A stretch of 37,446 nucleotides of DNA, taken from a virus. Lineage: Duplodnaviria; Caudoviricetes. The notes under the pieces are model-generated. The model did no database searches. It worked only from the letters and a program-made list of their open reading frames with translations, and had not been told where the DNA came from. The stretch is from IMG/VR virus record IMGVR_UViG_3300017702_000168, positions 1-37,446 of that record, one strand, 5' to 3'. This document shows, one piece after another, positions 33,906 through 37,446 of the stretch (within the stretch, counting starts at the first letter, position 1; every line of letters starts with the position of its first letter). The position numbers and the translations under genes are program-made.

Positions 33906-35606
33906 TCACTCAGCCTTAGGAGGTTCTATGAGTTCACCCACAATGATCTTTGCATCATCCACCTCCACCTGGAATGAGATGGAGATGATCTGTATAGCTT
34001 GACCCAGGGTGATCAATCCAGCGTTAGCATCCTGGATAATCTGAAGGAGTGAGGCAACCTGAGCACCATTGAGCGCCGACTTCTGGACATCCTCAGGAGC
34101 GGACTGGAGACCCACCCCAGCATCAGGGACAAGCTCATCATCATCACCAAAGGTGTCAACTGATCCAGCACCAAAGACCCCTGTGGGGAGTAGACCAGAT
34201 CCCATGTATCCCACATCCCATCCTGGGAACTCCTCAAGACCCAATGAGAGCCTCTTGTTGATGGTGCTCATTGGGACACCCTTAGCCCAAAGGCTGTTAG
34301 CAATCTCCATCTTCTTTGCGAAGTTCTGAAGGAGGACGCTGATGTGAGAGACATCATATCTGAGCCTCCACTCCTGTCCAAACTGCTGAGCAATGCTCAG
34401 GGTGAACACACCCTGGAGATCATCCAGGAGAGGGATGATGGTGTCCTCCCAGAAGATGAGCCTTGCAATCTGGATGTTGGCAAGGGTTGCATTGTCATAG
34501 ATCCCCACAAGAGGAGGGGGTGTCTGGAACACAGAACAGATCTCCTCACGTGTGAACTTGCGACTCTCCAGGAAGTCCATCTCAGCGGGTGTCATGGACA
34601 TCTGACTCCATCGCGCTCCACCTCCAAGCACCCAGGGAGTCCTTGCATTCTTTGACCCCTGATGCTGTTCCCTTACCTGTGATCTTGCATCCTCCCACTG
34701 GGTCTGAGTGAGCGACTTGTCAAACGAGAATACACCATCAGAAATTGCTCTATTCTGGAGGGCAATCTTGTTGAATGTCACAGCCTCATTGTCAGTGTCC
34801 ACAGTCCTTGCAGCAGCCTGGAGAGGACTCATCCCCCACATCATATCTGCTGGATCAGTGAACATTGCATGGACCACCTCATCAGGCTCAAGTCGTCTCT
34901 TGTTGTTCCCATCCTTGAACTCATAATGGGAGATGAAGTCCTCCCCTTTGGAGCTGTCTCCAGCAATGGGAGAGATGGTGTGAGGGAAGATGTTCCACAG
35001 CTCAACAGGGACACCCCTCATTTCCACCTTTGAGGAGAGGGAGTTCCCTGCAAGATAGAGCGACATAACAACACGCTCCATGTATTGCTGTCTCGTGGTG
35101 AAGGGGTTTGGGTTGTCAATGAGGAGCTGTAGGGGTGAGGTGGGTTGTGGTTCCCACACATCACCCACACGTCTCTCAGCAACCCAACGCGCTGAGGCTG
35201 CACTTTTTGCAAGACGATAGATGCAAGCAAACACCCAGGAGGATGCTTTCATCCCGTCCCTTGTTGCAGCCTCAGAATCCCACTCCTTGAACTTTGCTCT
35301 CCCTCTCAGGTTGGGTGACATCAGCTCAGCACCATTGTACTGCTTGCTCATATCTCCAGCACCATGGACCATCCCTCCATGAGAGCCTGGAGTTGATGGT
35401 ACAGACCCTATCCCATAGTTGAAGGGCTTGGATCTTCCACTCTTGCTGAGGGTGAATGGAGCCTCCTCAATGACCTGTGATGGATCAGGAAGCTCCAGGA
35501 CAACACTGGGGGTTGATCCCTTTGTCTCATCAGCAAGTCTTTCCCATCTTGCCTGAGGTCTGAAGGTCTCGCTTATTGCACGCTTTGTCTTGTCGAATAA
35601 TCCCAT
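33906..35606 (-). CDS. HK97-family portal protein
   Basis: WVFACI, L..L..NPNP, L.LAGN, GMSPLQAA, EMDFLESRKFTREEICSVF..PP.LVG and TIIP. Confidence 0.95.
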   Translation of the reverse strand: MGLFDKTKRAISETFRPQARWERLADETKGSTPSVVLELPDPSQVIEEAPFTLSKSGRSKPFNYGIGSVPSTPGSHGGMVHGAGDMSKQYNGAELMSPNLRGRAKFKEWDSEAATRDGMKASSWVFACIYRLAKSAASARWVAERRVGDVWEPQPTSPLQLLIDNPNPFTTRQQYMERVVMSLYLAGNSLSSKVEMRGVPVELWNIFPHTISPIAGDSSKGEDFISHYEFKDGNNKRRLEPDEVVHAMFTDPADMMWGMSPLQAAARTVDTDNEAVTFNKIALQNRAISDGVFSFDKSLTQTQWEDARSQVREQHQGSKNARTPWVLGGGARWSQMSMTPAEMDFLESRKFTREEICSVFQTPPPLVGIYDNATLANIQIARLIFWEDTIIPLLDDLQGVFTLSIAQQFGQEWRLRYDVSHISVLLQNFAKKMEIANSLWAKGVPMSTINKRLSLGLEEFPGWDVGYMGSGLLPTGVFGAGSVDTFGDDDELVPDAGVGLQSAPEDVQKSALNGAQVASLLQIIQDANAGLITLGQAIQIISISFQVEVDDAKIIVGELIEPPKAE

Positions 35607-37141
35607 TATGCTCTCCCAATAAAGAAGGGGGTGTCTGTAAATTGACCAGCATATGTCAAGACCAGTGCATCAGCATAATCAGGGGATTTGTACCCTTCAA
35701 GTCTTCTGGACATTGCCTTCTTACTCTCAATGATCACCCTTCCTCTTGAGTCAGTCTCAGCAAGGGGGAGCGAGAGTTCAGCAATGAGTTGAGGATGGTC
35801 TGGTAGAGAGATCATCTCATTAGGGTCTGTACCCACACCCTCATGTATATAGCGATAGGTGTTCTCACACAAGCGTCTCACGTGCATCCAAAGTTCTGCT
35901 TTGAGGTTTGAATACTTCTGAGTTCCTGTTCTCTCATCGGCATACTGGTTGTTTGATGCTGAGTCTCCAACATTGATCCCAACATGATGGAAGTCTCTTC
36001 TCTCCCTGTTGAGTTCACCTTCAACACCAGCACCAATCCCAATCACATCATAGTAGAGATCATCTGATCCCCACACACTCATGAGCTGTGTTGCCCACTG
36101 TGCAACCTTTGTGGTGTCGCTCAGGTTGGTATGTTGAGGAGGCTTGACCCATGGACCATTCCTGGGGATGAACACGCTGAGATCCTTCCCACCTTTGGCC
36201 ACATCAAGCCCTGATATGATAGCGTTACCCACCTTCTCATGGTTTGGAAGAACAGCATTGACACAAGCTGCAACGTACTTTGCAGGGATAGCGATCCCCT
36301 CAACTGAGGCTGTGTAGTCAATGTCAATCTCCTGAGCAACCACAACAGGATCATAGAGGAGACACATCATGTTGTACCACTCAGCATCCTTTCTGGGATC
36401 TCTTGTCCAGTGCATTCTGAACTTGCGATAGGCTGGGTTGTTCACCTTGCTGTGGAAGCTATTTCCTATGCCGTTTGCGGTTGATCCATAGATGATGCAA
36501 TTGGAGTTCTGAGACAGACCCCTGTCAACCTTGCGAGCACGCATCACAAAGCCCCACTCATCAGCGAAGTAGAGAGAGGAGCGTCCACCACGTCCCATCT
36601 CATCACCAGCCTCACCCAGGATGGATGAGCCGTTGTGAGGGTTTTTGATGGTGCACAGCTTGTCATGAACTCGCTTATCAAACCCTTCTGGGATCATCCA
36701 TGCTGGAAGGTTCTTTATGATGTAGCGGATCTTCTCAAAGATGGAGTCTGGGTTCTCACGCTTGTCCACAAGCTCCAGCTTCCTTGAGCCAAACTTCACC
36801 ACAGTTCCAGGTCTGAACAACCAGCACCACACAGCAAAGAAGGCACACAGCCAAGTGAAGCCCATGTCCCTGGACTTCTCCACAACCCCATGGTTCTTAT
36901 CGTTCAGACACCCCAGCAACCATTCAATGAACTCCTCCTGGAAGTCAAACAACTCCATGGGGATGCTTGAGGGTTTGCCCTGATCAGCAAGTCTTGGATC
37001 TGATGTCCATCCCCAGTGATTGATGAAATATGCTGGATCTCTTGTGCACATCTCCCAATCAAGATCTTTGATCTCCTGATCATCAAGGCACTTATTCAGA
37101 TGATCCCATCTTCTCTCTAAGACGCTTCGACAACTCTTCAT
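35606..37141 (-). CDS. terL: Terminase large subunit
   Basis: KSRDMGFTW (Walker A region), GRGGR, YFADE, STANG; nuclease motifs SGLDVA.GG.D, YDVIGIG and SPDYADAL. Confidence 0.95.
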   Translation of the reverse strand: MKSCRSVLERRWDHLNKCLDDQEIKDLDWEMCTRDPAYFINHWGWTSDPRLADQGKPSSIPMELFDFQEEFIEWLLGCLNDKNHGVVEKSRDMGFTWLCAFFAVWCWLFRPGTVVKFGSRKLELVDKRENPDSIFEKIRYIIKNLPAWMIPEGFDKRVHDKLCTIKNPHNGSSILGEAGDEMGRGGRSSLYFADEWGFVMRARKVDRGLSQNSNCIIYGSTANGIGNSFHSKVNNPAYRKFRMHWTRDPRKDAEWYNMMCLLYDPVVVAQEIDIDYTASVEGIAIPAKYVAACVNAVLPNHEKVGNAIISGLDVAKGGKDLSVFIPRNGPWVKPPQHTNLSDTTKVAQWATQLMSVWGSDDLYYDVIGIGAGVEGELNRERRDFHHVGINVGDSASNNQYADERTGTQKYSNLKAELWMHVRRLCENTYRYIHEGVGTDPNEMISLPDHPQLIAELSLPLAETDSRGRVIIESKKAMSRRLEGYKSPDYADALVLTYAGQFTDTPFFIGRA

Positions 37142-37446
37142 CAGTCAACTCCTTATGTTTTCCTTCCTGTGGTCTTCTACTTATCCCAGCAACCCTGAGC
37201 TGGATCTCCTGAGGCACTGTCACACCAGCCCTGTTGAGAGCCTCAATGGTTGCTCTCACGTTGGGTGATGTGGCATCAGGATCAACTGTGTGTTCAATGA
37301 GGGTGAGTGCAAGATCCTCAGCACGCTCAATGAAGACCTGTCTTGCAGCTTTGATCCCTGCAATGTTTGCCTCAATCTGAGCGTCCTCAGCCTCCTGTCT
37401 TCTATCAGCCTCCAGCTTGCTCATGTAGGAATCATAGTCCTTTGCC
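37092..37446 (-). CDS. terS: Terminase small subunit, 3' part (starts at 314 across the junction)
   Basis: Open to the window end and continuous with 124-314; ends in LTDEEL, a common TerS C-terminal pattern; overlaps the terL start. Confidence 0.8.
   Translation of the reverse strand, partial: AKDYDSYMSKLEADRRQEAEDAQIEANIAGIKAARQVFIERAEDLALTLIEHTVDPDATSPNVRATIEALNRAGVTVPQEIQLRVAGISRRPQEGKHKELTDEELSKRLREKMGSSE
37324..37446. repeat. Terminal direct repeat, right copy
   Basis: Identical to 1-123. Confidence 0.97.

Noticed and set aside
3596-36983. Many antisense and alternate-frame ORFs in the track (e.g. 3596..4060, 24250..24681, 31138..31539)
   Set aside because: They shadow well-supported genes. 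Low TA content reduces off-frame stop codons, so such ORFs are expected by chance.
374-37141. Stop-codon reassignment
   Set aside because: Genes are full length and tightly packed under the standard code, and TGA, TAA and TAG all end genes.

Overview
This window is an apparently complete, circularly permuted genome (about 37.3 kb) of a contractile-tailed (myovirus-type) dsDNA phage. Bases 1-123 are identical to 37324-37446, and the junction cuts through the terminase small-subunit gene. A divergent control region near 5.7 kb separates two arms. The rightward arm (5.8-13.7 kb) carries two large unknown early proteins, a Sak4-like ATPase, a DUF669-like SSB, a Cas4-like PD-(D/E)XK nuclease, a CsrA homologue missing from the ORF track, and an SF2 helicase. 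The leftward arm runs through a Cro/YdaS-like gene, a primase-helicase, an iteron-rich putative origin, RusA and a degenerate DNA methyltransferase. It then crosses the junction into TerS, TerL, an HK97-type head module, a sheath/tube/baseplate module and a lysis cassette (CHAP endolysin plus five membrane or exported proteins). I see no integrase, CI-type repressor, tRNA, CRISPR array or reverse transcriptase. Main observations: (1) 18 exact TGAGACAA octamers in both orientations plus a 53-bp palindrome behind the replicase; (2) strong CpG depletion that is relaxed in the major capsid gene; (3) a methyltransferase homologue that has lost both key motifs; (4) a tail-chaperone -1 frameshift with about 73 dual-coded codons; (5) an Rz/Rz1-like overlapping gene pair whose lipobox Cys position is Trp and whose second product has a C-terminal membrane anchor; (6) an ~80-aa insertion in the capsid E-loop. 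All family assignments come from motif recognition and synteny by eye; no database search was run.
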